From the human T2T-CHM13v2.0 reference genome, Homo sapiens: 64,000 nt of DNA. This document shows, in pieces, positions 34,735-49,892 of the stretch. Each line of letters starts with the position of its first letter. The first letter of the stretch is position 1. A program made the translations under genes and the position numbers. The notes under the pieces are model-generated. The model was not told the DNA's origin. It worked only from the letters and a program-made list of their open reading frames with translations, and did no database searches. The stretch is from assembly GCF_009914755.1 (NCBI RefSeq), contig NC_060937.1, one strand, 5' to 3'.

Positions 34735-34766
34735 ACACACACACACACACACACACACGTGTGTGT
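34735..34766. repeat. (CA)n followed by short (GT)n
   Basis: Seen directly. Confidence 0.95.
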
Positions 34767-34917
34767 TTTCTTTAATAGTTAAAATATTTTCACAGGTAGA
34801 TTTTTTTTTAATCCTTCTTGAATTACTATTAATGTGGTATATTTAAGAGTATTTTTTCCTTATAGAATCTAGTTGTCCCGATACCATTAATTGAATGATT
34901 CGTCTTTCTGCAATTGA

Positions 34918-35240
<323 letters not shown>

Positions 35241-35645
35241 GTTCTTTGAGGTTTAATGCCATCTCTATTACATTCAAAGTTTTCATACATAATTGAGTCT
35301 GTTTCTGACCTTTCTGATGGCTTATTTTGATCTGTTTGTTTCTGCATCTGTAGCACACTGTTTTAATTACTGTAGTTGTGCAATGAGTTTCATATCTGGC
35401 AGGGAAAATCCCGCTCCTCTTTTTCTTAATTTATCTTGTTTATTTTTGAATATTTAATAATATTTCACATGGATTTTAGAATCGGATATCAAATAATGTA
35501 CCATACAATTTTCTGGAATGATATTGATTGGAATTAGCAAATCAATTTTTGGAGAGCTGACATCTTTATGATATTAAGTCTTTGTATCTATAAACAAATC
35601 ATACTACCCCATTTATTTAGAATTTCTCTTATTTCCATCAATATG

Positions 35646-35724
35646 CTAGATTGAATCATATACAATTACCAATACTTGAAAATTTTTGATCTACAAAAGA
35701 GGAATTTCATATATTTCAATCTAA
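35646..35724. mobile_element. MADE2-like mariner MITE (~80 bp)
   Basis: tagattgaatcatat...atatatttcaatctaa inverted termini with core tttttgatctacaaaa, followed by TA. Confidence 0.75.
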
Positions 35725-37021
35725 TAGTTAAAAATATTTCAGAAAGTTCTTGTACATCTTTTAGTAGACACACTTCTGTTACTCTTTTTGTTATTGCAAA
35801 TACAGCTTTTTATACTATGCATTCGAATCATGCACAATCATTTTCTTGCAGGCTTAACAAAATTCACACATAAAAATCACCTGACTTGAGTGTAATTTTA
35901 TACAGGATATTTTCCAAATCAAAGAGTGTTTTATTTATTTAGGTTTTCTACTTCTTAAATAAATTTTAATTTATATTTTTATAATTTTTTAACGTTATTT
36001 AAGTTTACAAAGTCATTGGCATTCATTTATAATAATCTCTTATATTTTAAAGTCTATTGTATCTGTAATTCTGTTACTTTGTTGTCGTAAATTGTTTACA
36101 TTAACTTTTCTCTGTCTTTCCTCATCAGTTTTGATAGAAGTTTGACTATTTTATATGTCTTTTCAAATAAATAGCTTTTCTTATGTTGAGTACTTTTATT
36201 TTCTTATTTCTTATTCTTTTTAATTAACTACATTTATGCTTCTAAATTTCTATTTCTTTTATTATAATTTACTTAAGTTTAATTCTTAATTTTCTTTAAT
36301 TCCTTGAGTTGAAAGCGTAGCTCATTTCTTTTCAAGACTTCTTGTTTTCTAATAAATACATTTGTATACAGAGAAGATTTCCATTTAAGCACTGCATTGT
36401 CTGTATCCTGTGAATCATTAATACGCATTTTGGTTGTTTGTGCCTAAATATTTCATACCTAAGTCATGAATTAATAATTGGAGTTCTGAACATTCGCTTT
36501 AAAATTGATTTCTAATTTCACTGTATTGTTATCAGAGCATGTTGTCTGAATGATATTGTGTTTGTAATTTGTTGAATCTTCCTTTGGGACAGAGTTCTGG
36601 TCAATTTTTATAAATGTTTCATGTATTCTTGAGAAAAACGTACAAGCTCTATTTCTTGGGTAGAGAGTTCTATATATCTACTGTTAACAGTGCCATTCAA
36701 ATCTAATCCATTCTGACTATATTTTTGTCTGCTTGGCCTTTCGTTTCCCAAAAAGTGTGTTAAAATATTCTACAATTATTATTGAATTATTCATTTCTCT
36801 GTGACTTTTTCAGTGTTTGCTTTACATATTTTGTGGCAAGGTTATTCAGAATTATAATGTGTTCTTGATGGATTCGTCATTTATTAGTACAAAATGTCTT
36901 TGATCCCATTTCCTTTCAGTTCTGTTTGGACAAGTATTAAGTTATTTACATGAGCTTCCTTTGATTAGTATTTCCCTGTTATATCTTTTTCTTCTTTTTA
37001 TTTTCAGTTTGTTGAGAGGTT

Positions 37022-37340
37022 CGCTGTGGCTTGAACGTCTGTCCCTTGCCAAACTCATGTTGAAATGTAATTGCCATTGTAACAGTCTTAAGAGGTGAGA
37101 CCTTTAAGAGGTGATGAGGCCATGAGGGTTCTACCCTCAAGGGTGGGATTGGTGTCATTAAAGAAGGATGAATCCAGCCCTCTCTTATTCTCTCTTGCCA
37201 TCTAAGAAGGCCCTCGCCAGATGATGGAATCTTGATATTGGATTTCTCAGCCTCCAGAAAGTGAACCAATAAATTTCTCCTCACTGTACATTACATAGTC
37301 TCAGGTATTCTGTTACAGTAGCATAAAAATGACTAAGACA
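37022..37340 (+). mobile_element. MST (MSTB/D-like) MaLR solo LTR
   Basis: aaactcatgttgaaat...gacctttaagaggtgat...cagcctccagaa...aataaattt...gtctcaggtattctgtta...gactaagaca. Confidence 0.9.
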
Positions 37341-37769
37341 GTGTCTTTTTGCTTCATAAAGCTGGATTTTATTTATTTATCAATTTGAGAGTCTTTTAAG
37401 TTTAATGAGTTTGGCCCACTTGCATTCGCTATAATTACTAAAATGTTTGGACTCATTTTACCATTTTACCTTTACTTTCTTACTGACCATGATTTCTCCT
37501 TCTTTTTTTCTTATGTCCTGTAGTCAGTGACTCCTTATAATCTAACAACTTATATCCTTTTTCAATTATAGATAATCTTCAGCCTTTATCTCTTCAGATA
37601 TTTCCTTTTGCCGTTTTCACTTTTATTGTTTTCCATTAAATATTAAACTTTTCAATCTCCCATTATATGTCTTAGTTTATATTCTATTTTTCTATCTCTT
37701 AACTTTTCGCTGCTATATTCTTCAATTCTGTTTTTTTGTTAGGTAGCTGTCTCTTCAATCCACTGTTCA

Positions 37770-38108
<339 letters not shown>

Positions 38109-39581
38109 ATTTTAAGATTTCCAGTTTGTAAAAGTGTATCTGCTTGCTCTTGCTACATAACCTTTTCTTCTTATTGGAAGAATTCTATTAGCTTTTAAAA
38201 AATCTCTATGAGCAGTTTCAGCATATATTTTTATAAGCCTTATAGAATAAATGTTATTATTCTATCTCCTTTGGTATGAATTCTTCCATTTGTTATATGA
38301 GCTGGGTACCTCTCCTAATTAAGCATTTTCTCATGCATTTATCACTTTTGTCTGAAATCTTATCTTGCACTGGAGCTTTTCTCCCATGCAAACTCCTTAT
38401 TTTGTATGGTTTTTCAGTTGCCTTACTAAGGCGCTCCGGGTTGAACAGAGACAAACCAAGCCTCTCAATTAGAGGCTTACAGGCTTTATCCATATGAGTG
38501 GAACTAGTTATAATGTCCTGCTCATATATCATCTCAGCTAAGGTATTCTCACAGCTGCCCTCTTTTCTTCCAAGATCACAGGAGAGTGGCACATTGTGGT
38601 TGTATCCTGAATTTTCAAATAAGGTTAATTCAGGTTTTTAACTGTTAGGAGAGCAATCTGGCACTCAGCTTTATTCTCATCTTTTGCAACAATAGTGTTA
38701 TGTTCACCAGCCATTTCTGTGTGGGCCTTGGAACATCTGAATCCATTTTCTGCATCTACTCACTCTTTTCTGTGGGCCCCATGGCTTCAGCCTCCACTAT
38801 GGCCTTTCCTATTATTCCTGAAACATGGAAATTCATCTAGTATCCCTTTTTAACAGAGCTATCTAAATACATTCCACATATTTAATATTTAATTTGTATA
38901 TTAATGAAATATAAAGTATATTTTAAATATCTATTTCATTTAAATTCCCATTTTTTGAGAGCAAAAAAATAATAATTTTGCAGTTACTCACTTAGCCGTG
39001 TTAAATGATGTCCAAATTAACCTACCAAATATTTTTTTCTTTGAGGGTATAATCTATATTAAACAGTTCCTGTTTATGATGATAATAGGAAGCCAATATA
39101 GCAACTTTGCAATAAGAACCAAGCTCCTACAAAGCAAAAGCAAAACCGAAATAAAGATCTAAAGAATTATTATTATTATACTTTGTTTTATGAAATTTGA
39201 ACTATCATGAGAATAAGGCCATTAGTGATTCATAAAAATAAAAATAATTTTTGTTACCTTGCCATGTTAGACAACTATTTTTGTGTTTTTTTCATGAATG
39301 TGTTGTAGACAACTATACCTATTAGACAACTGTTAGGTATAGATTTGTGTTTTTTCATGAATATTGTCATATGTCTTTCTTAACAGTACACTGACAGTAT
39401 GTAGTATAGCACAAGTCAAAGCAATGGTTATAAGTCTAGTACTCTGTAATTTTTCTTCACTTAATAATAACCGCGTGCAGATTTATAGTATTATTTGATT
39501 GATTCTGTTTCCAGGATTTTTTCCCTTTGCATAAAACTTCACATTTATATATCTAGGAAAGTCTTGCTTGGAACATTATAA

Positions 39582-39922
<341 letters not shown>

Positions 39923-40529
39923 TGAACTCCTTTTGAACTTTATAGTGAACCATAGTGCAGAAGGTAACCTATGTCTTAATGACTTTCCATGGACTACATA
40001 AGCTTAAAAGGAAGAAAAAGATTTTTATTTTCTTGCTTCATGATTTTCTCACCTAAAAGATAAAAAAGTAAAGATTTTTTTCTACTCTGGTAACCTCAAT
40101 ACTATGGTTCAAACATCTTTATAATTGAATTTCATGGCTTAAAGTTTAAGCGCATAGAATAATCACTTTGCTTGTGATTTAGCAAAAGATTTACAGAGTA
40201 ATCCCTATTTGCTCTACTGAATATTACTAGATTTCTGTCTATTTATGAGTTCCCAAAGGCAAAATAAGATTTTGGGAACTGGTTTGGGGCCCTTCATTTA
40301 TTATCTTATAATGTCTGTAGACTATGTAATGATAACTTGTTTTTTATTTCTGATATTGGTGATTAGGTGTTCTTTCTCTTTTCACTTGATCAGTCCAGCT
40401 AAGGGTTTACTGAAGTTAATCTTTTCAGAGAACTAGCACTTGCCTTTGTTAATTTTCTCTATTGTCTGTTTTCTACTTTTTTAAAATAAAGTTATGCTCC
40501 TATCTTTATTATTTCCTTCCTTTCATCTA

Positions 40530-40952
<423 letters not shown>

Positions 40953-41842
40953 CTATGTTTCCCTCTATGCACTGCTTTAGCTCGTTCAATTTAAAATAGT
41001 CTCTAATTTCCCTCGTATGTCTTTTATGATCCATAAATAATTTATAAGGGTGCTGTTTAATTTCCAAATATTTGTGATTTCCTCTGAAATAGATTATTCC
41101 CACTGACTTATTTCTGATTTGTTTCACACAGTGTGCTTTGTATGATTTTAATACATTTAAATTCATTTAAAATTGTTTTATGGCCCAACATATGGTCAGT
41201 CTTGAAAAATGTACTTCTTTTCACTTGAAAAGAAGTGTGTTTTTCAGTTCTATAAATGGTGTCCTATGAATTTCAATTAGATCATGGGAGTTGATAATGT
41301 TAAAATCTTCTAAGTCTACTGATTTTTAAAAATCTAGCTGTTGTATTAATTGGTAAGAAGAGTCTTAAATATAATACTCTGACTGTAAAATAGTCTATTT
41401 TTTCTTTTCATTCTGTCGATTTTTGCCTGATGTATTTTGAAACTCTGTTCTTAGGTCTATACACATTTATAATTATGTCTACACACATTTATAATTATGT
41501 CTACCTGATCAATTGTTCTTTTTTCTCATAATAAAATATCCCTCATCTCTTCTAATATTCTGTGGCTTGAAGTTTATTTTATCTGGTATGAATATAACCA
41601 CGCCAGCTTTCTTATGCTACTGTATGTATGGTATATCTTTTTTCATTTATCTATTTTCAATGTAGCAGTGTCTTTCTATTTAAAGTGCTTCTCTTGGGAG
41701 TAGCATATAATAGTCTTGCTTCTATGTTGATGATCTCTGCATTTTAATTATAGTGTTTTAGATCACTAATATTTAATGTAATTATTGACATGATTGTATT
41801 TCAGTCTATTACTTTATTATTTGTTTTCTGTTTGTCTCCTCT

Positions 41843-42161
41843 GTTTTGTTGTTGTTGTTGTTTTCACTTTTGTTTTTAGAGACAGGGTCTTGCTCTGTCA
41901 CCCAGGCTAGAGCACGATGTTGTGATTATAGTTCACTGTAACCTTGAACTCCTGGGCCCAAGTGATTCCCCTGCTCCAGCCTCCTGAGTAGCTAGGGCTA
42001 TAGAGCATACCACCAAACCTGGATAACTAAAAAACATTTTTTTTAGAGATGGAGTCTTGCTGTGTTGCTCAGGCTGGTCTCGAACTCCTGGCCTCAGGCA
42101 GTCCTCCCACCTCAACTTCCCAAAGTCCTGGGATTAGAGTTATGAGCCACTGCACCTGGCC
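41843..42161 (-). mobile_element. AluJ
   Basis: Full antisense dimer with a (TTG)n tail. Confidence 0.92.
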
Positions 42162-42384
42162 AGTTGTATTTGTTGTTTTGTTGTTGTTCCCTATTCTCCT
42201 TTCCTTCTTTTTGATAATTTAAATGTTTTTTAGTATTTCATTTTATCTGTTGGATCTTTAACTGTACCTCTTTGACTAGTTTTTCTTTTAGTGGTTGCTC
42301 TAGGGGTTACAATTTTCATGCCTAGCCTTTCATAGTCTACTTAGAGTTAACATGGTTCAGCTTCTCATAATAGGTAGACTGAGA

Positions 42385-42550
42385 ATAAAGAAAGAATACA
42401 CATATATCCATACAAAGACTTGTACACACATGTTTATAGCAGCTTTATTTCTAATAACCAAAAACTGGAAATGACCCAGTTGTCATCAACAGGTGCATAG
42501 ACAACATATTGTTGTATACATCTAATCTGTGGAATATTATTCAACAATGC
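42385..42550 (+). mobile_element. L1M 3' fragment
   Basis: acaaagacttgtacacacatgtttatagcagctttatt...aaaactggaaa. Confidence 0.75.
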
Positions 42551-43029
42551 ACTTTAGTAACCAACTTTTATTTAGTCTTTCCAAAGCACTTAGTTCAGTT
42601 TTTAAAGAAAAAAAGTTGTCTTTTTATTCACCCTCATATTTAGTAGAGGTTTATATAATATTTAATTAAATCATGAGTCACCAATAACATCCTAATTAAC
42701 AGATTTTTGGAATGAGAACAACCGACTCATGTAGGGTGCACAGTTCAACAGGTGGGAGTGAGAATGTTTAGACAGACGAGGGAATGGCCTCCTGGGTACT
42801 TTACAAGAAGTAGGCTTCTGTCAGTATATTCCCCAGTGGAGAGACAGAAGGTTGGCTAATCTGGCAAGTTGGTTAGTGGTAGTCAGTTAAGAGAGGCTTT
42901 GCTATATTATCAAATTGCCTTCAGAAGGTGGTATAGATTTATAGTTTCACACAGTAATTTTAAATGTCCCCATATCTTAAAAGCACTAACAAATTTTAAA
43001 ATCTTTGCCTATTTTAAAACAGTTGTTTT

Positions 43030-44205
43030 GAGAGACCCCAGCATAATGGGTTATAGTACCACGGCAGGTAGCAACCCCAGTTTAATGGGAAATGAAGGGT
43101 AGCTGTAGCCCTCTTGGATGTTCACAGTGTGCCTTTCATGGGATACTTCATTTACCTGGCAGAGGGCCTAATGCCACATTGTCCAACTTGCAACCAGAGG
43201 GTCCCTTACATGAGAAACTTGTTTATACTGGCAGACACCCCTGTGGTTCTTATCTGACCTACGTCCAGTTTATGCCTACTTGACCAGTGCTCTGGGGCTG
43301 GAAGCTTGACTTTGTGTTCTCCTCAGGGCCAGGGGCCCAGGGAAAACCTGGCCTAGGGCAACCTCTACTTCTTCAGATGGAAGGTGCAAATTCAATATAC
43401 CACCACAATAGGAAACACATTCAAAGGCTGCTCACTTATAGATCCTGGGCAGGGAGGACACAATGAGTTGGGAGGGCAGTCCTTCCTTCTCAGTCATGTG
43501 AGGCAGGAATGAAGAGTTAGGCAGAGAGAGAAAGAAAAAGAGGGAGGGAGATAGAGAGAGAGAGGTAACTACAAGTATATATAAGAGAATACAGGAGGGT
43601 CACTTTAAGTTCATGCATAAATGCCTGTATTAGCCAGTTTTCACACTGCTGATAAAGACATACCAAGACTGGGTAATTTATAAAGAAAACGAGATTTAAT
43701 GGACTCACAGTTCCATGCGGCTGGGGTGGCCTCACAATCATGGCAGAAGGCGAAAGGCCTGTCTTACATGGTGGCAGACGAGAGAAAAGAGAACCAAGCA
43801 AAAGGGGTTTCCCCTTACAAAACCATCAGCTCTCGTGAGACTTATTGACTACAACGAGAACAGTATGGGGCAAACCGCCCCCATCGTTCAGTTATTTCCC
43901 ATCAGGTCCCTCCCATAACATGTGGGAATTATGGGAGCTATAATTCAAGATGAGATTTGTGTGGGGACACACCCGAACCATATCAATGCCTGAATGGTTC
44001 ATTGAAAGGAAAGCAGCAAGCCCAGTGTGCTAGCCCAGAGAGATACCTCTAAGCTCTTATCTTTGGCCACTGGATTGAGCCATCTGGGTGGGTGCAGAAC
44101 TGGAAACTGTGTCAAGGATACTGAGCCTTGCCTCTGGCACAAGAAAGCTAAGCCTGCCTTCAAAATAGATGCCTAGGCAACATAAAATTATAATAATTTG
44201 CTATA
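43030..44205 (-). mobile_element. MER54-like ERVL LTR, split by THE1
   Basis: Right end caaaatagatgcctaggcaacataaaattataa matches the reverse of the recalled MER54 5' end; aaacttgtttatactggcaga. Confidence 0.7.
43626..43985 (-). mobile_element. THE1B MaLR solo LTR
   Basis: tgtattag...accatatca termini with a perfect 5-bp TSD atgcc. Confidence 0.95.
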
Positions 44206-45248
44206 ATTGCATCTCACTGTTCTTTCAATTTTTGTTGCCTAGACTCCTAGGGGTCAATTTTTGGTACATTTTTAGTACATTTAGTACAACATTTTTTAGA
44301 CATTTTCTGTGCAATTGGCACACATGATTGTTAACAACGAGGCAGCTGTACTAAAGAGAGATCCCCTCTTCTGCACCTCCTGGTGGGACTGGAGGCAGGA
44401 ATGACCATAAGGAAGTAGGAATGGAAAGATGCCTCGGGGTCTTTGTGTCTGTAACTCAGGTAATGTAAAGCCTAGTAGTTGAACTCTGATCATAGTGGAA
44501 TTGTATCATTTTCTTTCATTTCTAATTAAAGTGTTATCTCTATTTAGTACAGTTGATATAAAATTTATTGTTTTAAACTTAGAATATATTAATTTTTAAG
44601 TTCTGAAGTAAAAAATAAAACTTAGGCCCCTCTTATGTTCCAGTTTCTTATCCTGAAGCCTGTCATTATTCTATTATGAGTGTTTGCGGAGGAGAAAAGA
44701 AAAAAGTAGGTTAGAGTTATCTCACATTTTTTTTCCTTATAAACCTTAATTAGAAAGGTTTCATGGAAATACTTTCAGCTTACCCAATCCATTTCTTCCT
44801 TGTAAAGCTTTTAAACTTTGCACGGTCAGGAATGGCTTTTATCTTGTGCACAAATGAAATCAAAATAAAAATGCAGATTGAGCTATTAGGTACTTAATAC
44901 CTGTAATTCTAGTATTGCTGAGCAGCAGGTGAATAATAATAAAAGCCCAAAACTGGCAGAAAAGAAGGAAAAAACAAGATATATTTGTTTTACTAAGCTT
45001 CCCTGGACTTTCACAATAAATCCATTCAATCAAATATTTTATTGTGGGCCCACTTTCTTCAAGTCATTGAAGGATTCAAGAAGTATACTGTTTATAAGTA
45101 TATAAGTTAGACTTTTATATTATATATAAAGATTAATACAACAGAATCATCTAGCAGCATCTTAGAGGGACAATAACATGTTATCATCAAGTACATGGAT
45201 AATCTGTGGGTGCTTGTAAATGTAGAGTATTAATTTAAAAATTCAAGG

Positions 45249-46084
45249 TATGATAAGGTCAACAGATCAGGAGATGATTGCCTTCGAAAAGATAGCTTGT
45301 TACTCATGGTTCCAAGAGGAGACAGCACACCATGCTACAGGGAGCCACCCAGGGAAGCACCAGGGTCAGTCAGGAATGAAGGGGAAAGAGAGGAACTGCG
45401 GGTTAGAGCCTTTATAGTGGTTTCCATGGGAAGGAACAGGATAGGCAGGTAAACAGGCTTAAGATTGGCTAGTTTGAATACTTTCAGTGGCTCTGGGCCA
45501 TAGAGGCATTCCCCAGTTGTCTGGCATCCGGCTGGCCCTTAGGGGGATTGGGGCAGGTGGAATAATGGCCTGGAGTGTTAGATAAAGGAGGTAGTTGGGA
45601 GCGTGGCTTTGGATTGGTTGGTTGGCATTTCAAAGCACACTCTTGACCACCAAGGTGGTTCTCGCCTATAATCCCAACAGTTTGGGAGGCTGAGGAGGGA
45701 GGATTGCCTGAGCCCAGGAGTTCAAGACCAGCCTGGGCAACAGGTTGGGACCCCATGTCTATAAAAATTTTTAAAAATTAGCTGGGCATGGTAGCGTGTG
45801 CCTGTAGTCCCAGCTACTCAGAGGCGAGGCAGGTGGATCTCTTGAGCCCAAGAGTGCTGGACTGCAGTGGGCTATGATGGCGCCACTGCACTCCAGCATA
45901 GATGACAGAGCGAGATCCTGTCTCAAAAAAAAAAAAAAAAAAAAAAGCACACCCTTGCGGGCACTTGTGCAGTTGTGTACTATTTCTAGGACTTTATTCA
46001 CGTGGCAGGGGCAGTCTCTCCAGGGTCAGCAAGCCCCAGATGTCAAAGCATCAGAATGCAGAAAATAAAAGACACAGTTAAACA
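45249..46084 (-). mobile_element. MER74-like ERVL LTR, split by an Alu
   Basis: Right end ggggcagtctctccagggtcagcaagccccagatgtcaaagcatcagaatgcagaaaataaaa matches the reverse of the recalled MER74 5' end. Confidence 0.8.
45645..45946 (+). mobile_element. AluJ
   Basis: Full dimer with a poly-A tail; TSD aaagcacac(t/c)ctt. Confidence 0.93.
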
Positions 46085-47622
46085 GTGGCTACTCAGTATT
46101 CATGATCTTACTCATCTCTGTGCCCATTTGGAATTCAGTCAGCTATTCCAAACACAAGCTGGGTTCCTACATTTTAGTGTGTACACAGTTTACTTAGCCT
46201 TCTGGGTCGTAGCGATGGCGATGCAAACAACAAAATCTTTCTGTTTACTTAAGGAATAGAATAAAACAATAGCAGCTCTGGAACACAAGTTAATTCTCCA
46301 TATTTTAACGACAGCACATTTGCTTTTAAGAGTAGAAGATGCATAAAATAGAAATATTGCCATGAGCAACGTGAAAAGAATTCAGAAAACTAGTTACACA
46401 CAGCAGAAAAAAGGGGAAATTTTCCACATTACCTATCATTTGTTTCCAATATCAAGATCAGCTACATCTTCTCACCACTCAAACCATGAGTATTTTGAGA
46501 ATCACACAGAAATATTAACCTAACAATTTCTGTAGTAAACATACTAGACCAGAGAGAACCAGAACACCCAAGGGATAAATTTGACAGTTATCTTTCTCCT
46601 CAGACCCAAATACATCTCACTAAAGTCATAACCTAGCTTCAGGAGTGCTTGTCTGGAACGCGGACTTGTAAGGAAGGGAAAGAGAGTGGGCGTGGGGATG
46701 GGGTGGTCAGGGAGATCCTGCCCGGCCTGCAGGCCTGGAGACTCAACTCCATGATAAGCTCTGGTCTAAGGGCCAGGCTACAGGATTTGAAGTTTGTATC
46801 TTGCTATTTTGTTTTCTCTTTTACTTAACAAGAGGTAAAGAAGATGGGGAAAACCCTGGCCCAGAGGAATCAAGTACACTCTCTGACAGAGATGACAAGT
46901 GGCCAGTGGCTTTTGAAATCCATGACTCACAAGCTTATTAACACCAAACAGATCTAAACATGGCACCAGTAACTGTGGTTACACAACTGAGGAAAAAAAA
47001 TGCCATGGCAAGACAAACTAGCCATCCTTACTCAAGTAAGAAAGCGAATTGTAAATTTCTTGTAAAGTGCAACATTTCAGTGGTGGGCTTTTCCCATACA
47101 ACAAAAAGATAGAAAATCTGACATGTGGGGAGGCTGGGAATAAGGTTCTTCTCTAAGGATTCCCAGTGAAAACAAACAAACAAAAGTCTAATAAATAAAA
47201 AGCTGAGAGTTGCCTATTTCCCTCCTACATGCTAACTTAGCAAGGATCTGCAAAATGCTATCATCGCCATTGTGCAGTGGAGGAACAAAAGCTTATAGAG
47301 GATAATGACAGAATCAAAATCAGGTACCTAACAAGAAAGATAAACAGTTCCTATTTCATATTGTAGACTATTTTCTATTTTCTCTATACCTTCATTGTCT
47401 TCCTGGTCATCAATTAGCCTACTAAAAATGCCACTCAGCTAGAAAAACAAAGGAGTGTCAAGTGAGATCTTTAACACCAAACCAAGCATACTGAGAAAAT
47501 ATCTTAGAATTTATGGAATAATTTTTATACTGGTGAAGTGACAGGACTTAAGGAAGAAACATTTAACAAGTAATATGGAGGTTTGATAACCATTGTCAAT
47601 AAAATACTTATGGAAGATTAAA

Positions 47623-49418
47623 CCACGAAAGACTCTGAATAGCCAAAGTGATCTTTAGCAAACAGAACAAAGCAGAAAGCATTATACTTCCTGATTTGAA
47701 ATACATTGCAAAGCTATAGAATCCAAACAGCATGATACTGGCATAAAAACAAACACATAGGCAAATGGAAGAGAATACAGAGCCCAGAAATAAATCCATG
47801 AATTTATGGTCAATTGACTTTTGACATAGGTGCCAACAATGCACAATGGGAGAAAGGACAATCTCTTCATAAATTTGTGCCGGGAAAACTGGATATTCAC
47901 ATGCAGAAGAATATAATTAGAACTTTATCTCTTACCATGCACAAAAATTACCTCAAAATGGATTAAATTCCTAACCATAAAACTTACCAATCTCTATGGC
48001 ATTGGCTTGGGCAATATTTTTTTGATATGACCTCCCAAACATAGGTAACAAAAGTGAAAATAGACAAATGGGATTGTATTAAAGTAAGCTTTTGTACAGC
48101 AAAGAGAGTAATCAACAAAGTAAAGATACTGAATGAGATAAATATTTGTAAACCATACATCTAATAAGGGGTTAATATCCAAAATATATAAGGAACCCAA
48201 ACAACTCAATAGCAAGAGAACAAATAACCTGATTTTAAAATGGGCAAAGGACTTAAAGAAACATTTATCAAAAGAAAGCATACAAATGGCCAACAGATAT
48301 ATGAAAAAATACTCAACATTACTAAATGCAAATTAAAACCACAATGAGATATTATCTCACAGCTTTTAGAATGACTACTATCAAAAAGACAAAAGATAGC
48401 AAGTTGTGGGGAGGATGTGGAGAAAGAAAACCCTTGAATACTCTTGGTAGGATAGCCATTATGGAAAACAGTATGGAGGTTCCTCAAAAAATTAACACTA
48501 GAACTCCCATATGCTCCCACAATCCCACTTCTGGGTATTTATCCAAAGGATATTTATTAGTCTATTCTCACACTACTATAAAGAGCTTCCTAAGACTGGG
48601 TAATCTGTAAAGGAAAGAGGTTTAGTTGACTCACTGTTCTGTATGGCTGAGGAGGCCTCAGGAAACTTACAATCACAGCAGAAGGCGAAGGGGAGGCAGG
48701 CACCTTCTTCACAAGGCGGCAGGAGAGAGAATAACTGAAGAAGGAACTTGCCAAACACTTATAAAGCTATCAGACCTCGTGAGAACCCACTCACTATCAC
48801 GAGAACAGCATGGGGAAACCACCCCATGATTCAATTACCTCTACCTGGTCTCCCCCTTGACATGTGAGGATTATGGGGATTACAATTCAAGATGAGATTT
48901 TAGTGGGGACACAGCCAAACCATATCAGGATATGAAATCAACTTGTTGATGAGATACCTACATTCCCATGTTTATTTCGGCACTATTCACTATAGCCAAC
49001 ATATGGAAGCAAGTTAAATGTCCATCAATGGAGAAATGAATTTTTTTAATGTAGCGTACATATGCCATGGAATACTTTTTAGCCTTAAAAAAGGACATCC
49101 TTCTTTTTTGCAACAAACTTGATGGACCATTGTCCTAACTGAAATAAGCCAGGCACAAAAAGACAAATATTGCATGATCTCACTTACATGTGTAATCTAA
49201 AAAAGTCATATTCATAGAAGCAGAGAGTAGCATGATGTTTACCAGAATATTGGTCAAATGTCAGTTAGAGAGAAGAAATACATTTAAGAGATCTGTTGTA
49301 CAACATAATGACTATAGTTAATAACAGTATATTATATTCTTGAAAATTACTATTTTAATTTTTCTCACAACAAAAAATGAAAAATATATGAGGTAATGCA
49401 TATGTTAAAAAATAAGTC
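47623..49418 (+). mobile_element. 5'-truncated L1MA, split by THE1D
   Basis: ORF2 C-terminal and L1MA 3'UTR motifs; flanked by a degenerate ~22-bp direct repeat aaaata(c/t)ttatgga(a/g)gattaaa. Confidence 0.92.
48553..48927 (-). mobile_element. THE1D-like MaLR solo LTR
   Basis: gaggcctcaggaaacttacaatca...gacacagccaaaccatatca; TSD ggata. Confidence 0.93.
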
Positions 49419-49892
49419 AAAATATTTATGGAGGATTAAAAATACATCAGGTAGAATGAAAACTCAGACAGCTATTTGAATAAAGGTTGTTTTATAATAA
49501 TGTGACAATTATTTAGCTGTGTATTTTCACTGCAAGTCAATGTTCAATCCTCTTTACAGATTTTACAAAAAGCAAGAAAATTCCCAGTGAAGTCACTTAT
49601 TGATCAGAACATTGATAGGCTCCTTATCTCTGGTCTTATGAAATAGTAAACAAAATGGCAAGATACACACTTCAGAATTAAGCCTGAGTTTACAAAATCT
49701 TTTTACATGTTTCCTTTCTTCTAATCTCTTCTTATATTTTAGCCATAGAGGTATTCTCTCCTGAGATACCTTCACTCTCCTTAAGAATCTATAAATTAAA
49801 CTGTAGCTAAGGAAAATCCATGCAGTCCATTGTAATGGACACTAATGGAAGAGAGAGACAGTAGCCATTGGGTCAGAGAATAAATTCTAAAC

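Noticed and set aside
39262-39370. CRISPR-like short spaced repeats
   Set aside because: There are only 2-3 irregular copies in primate DNA with no cas genes; a local duplication scar explains them better.
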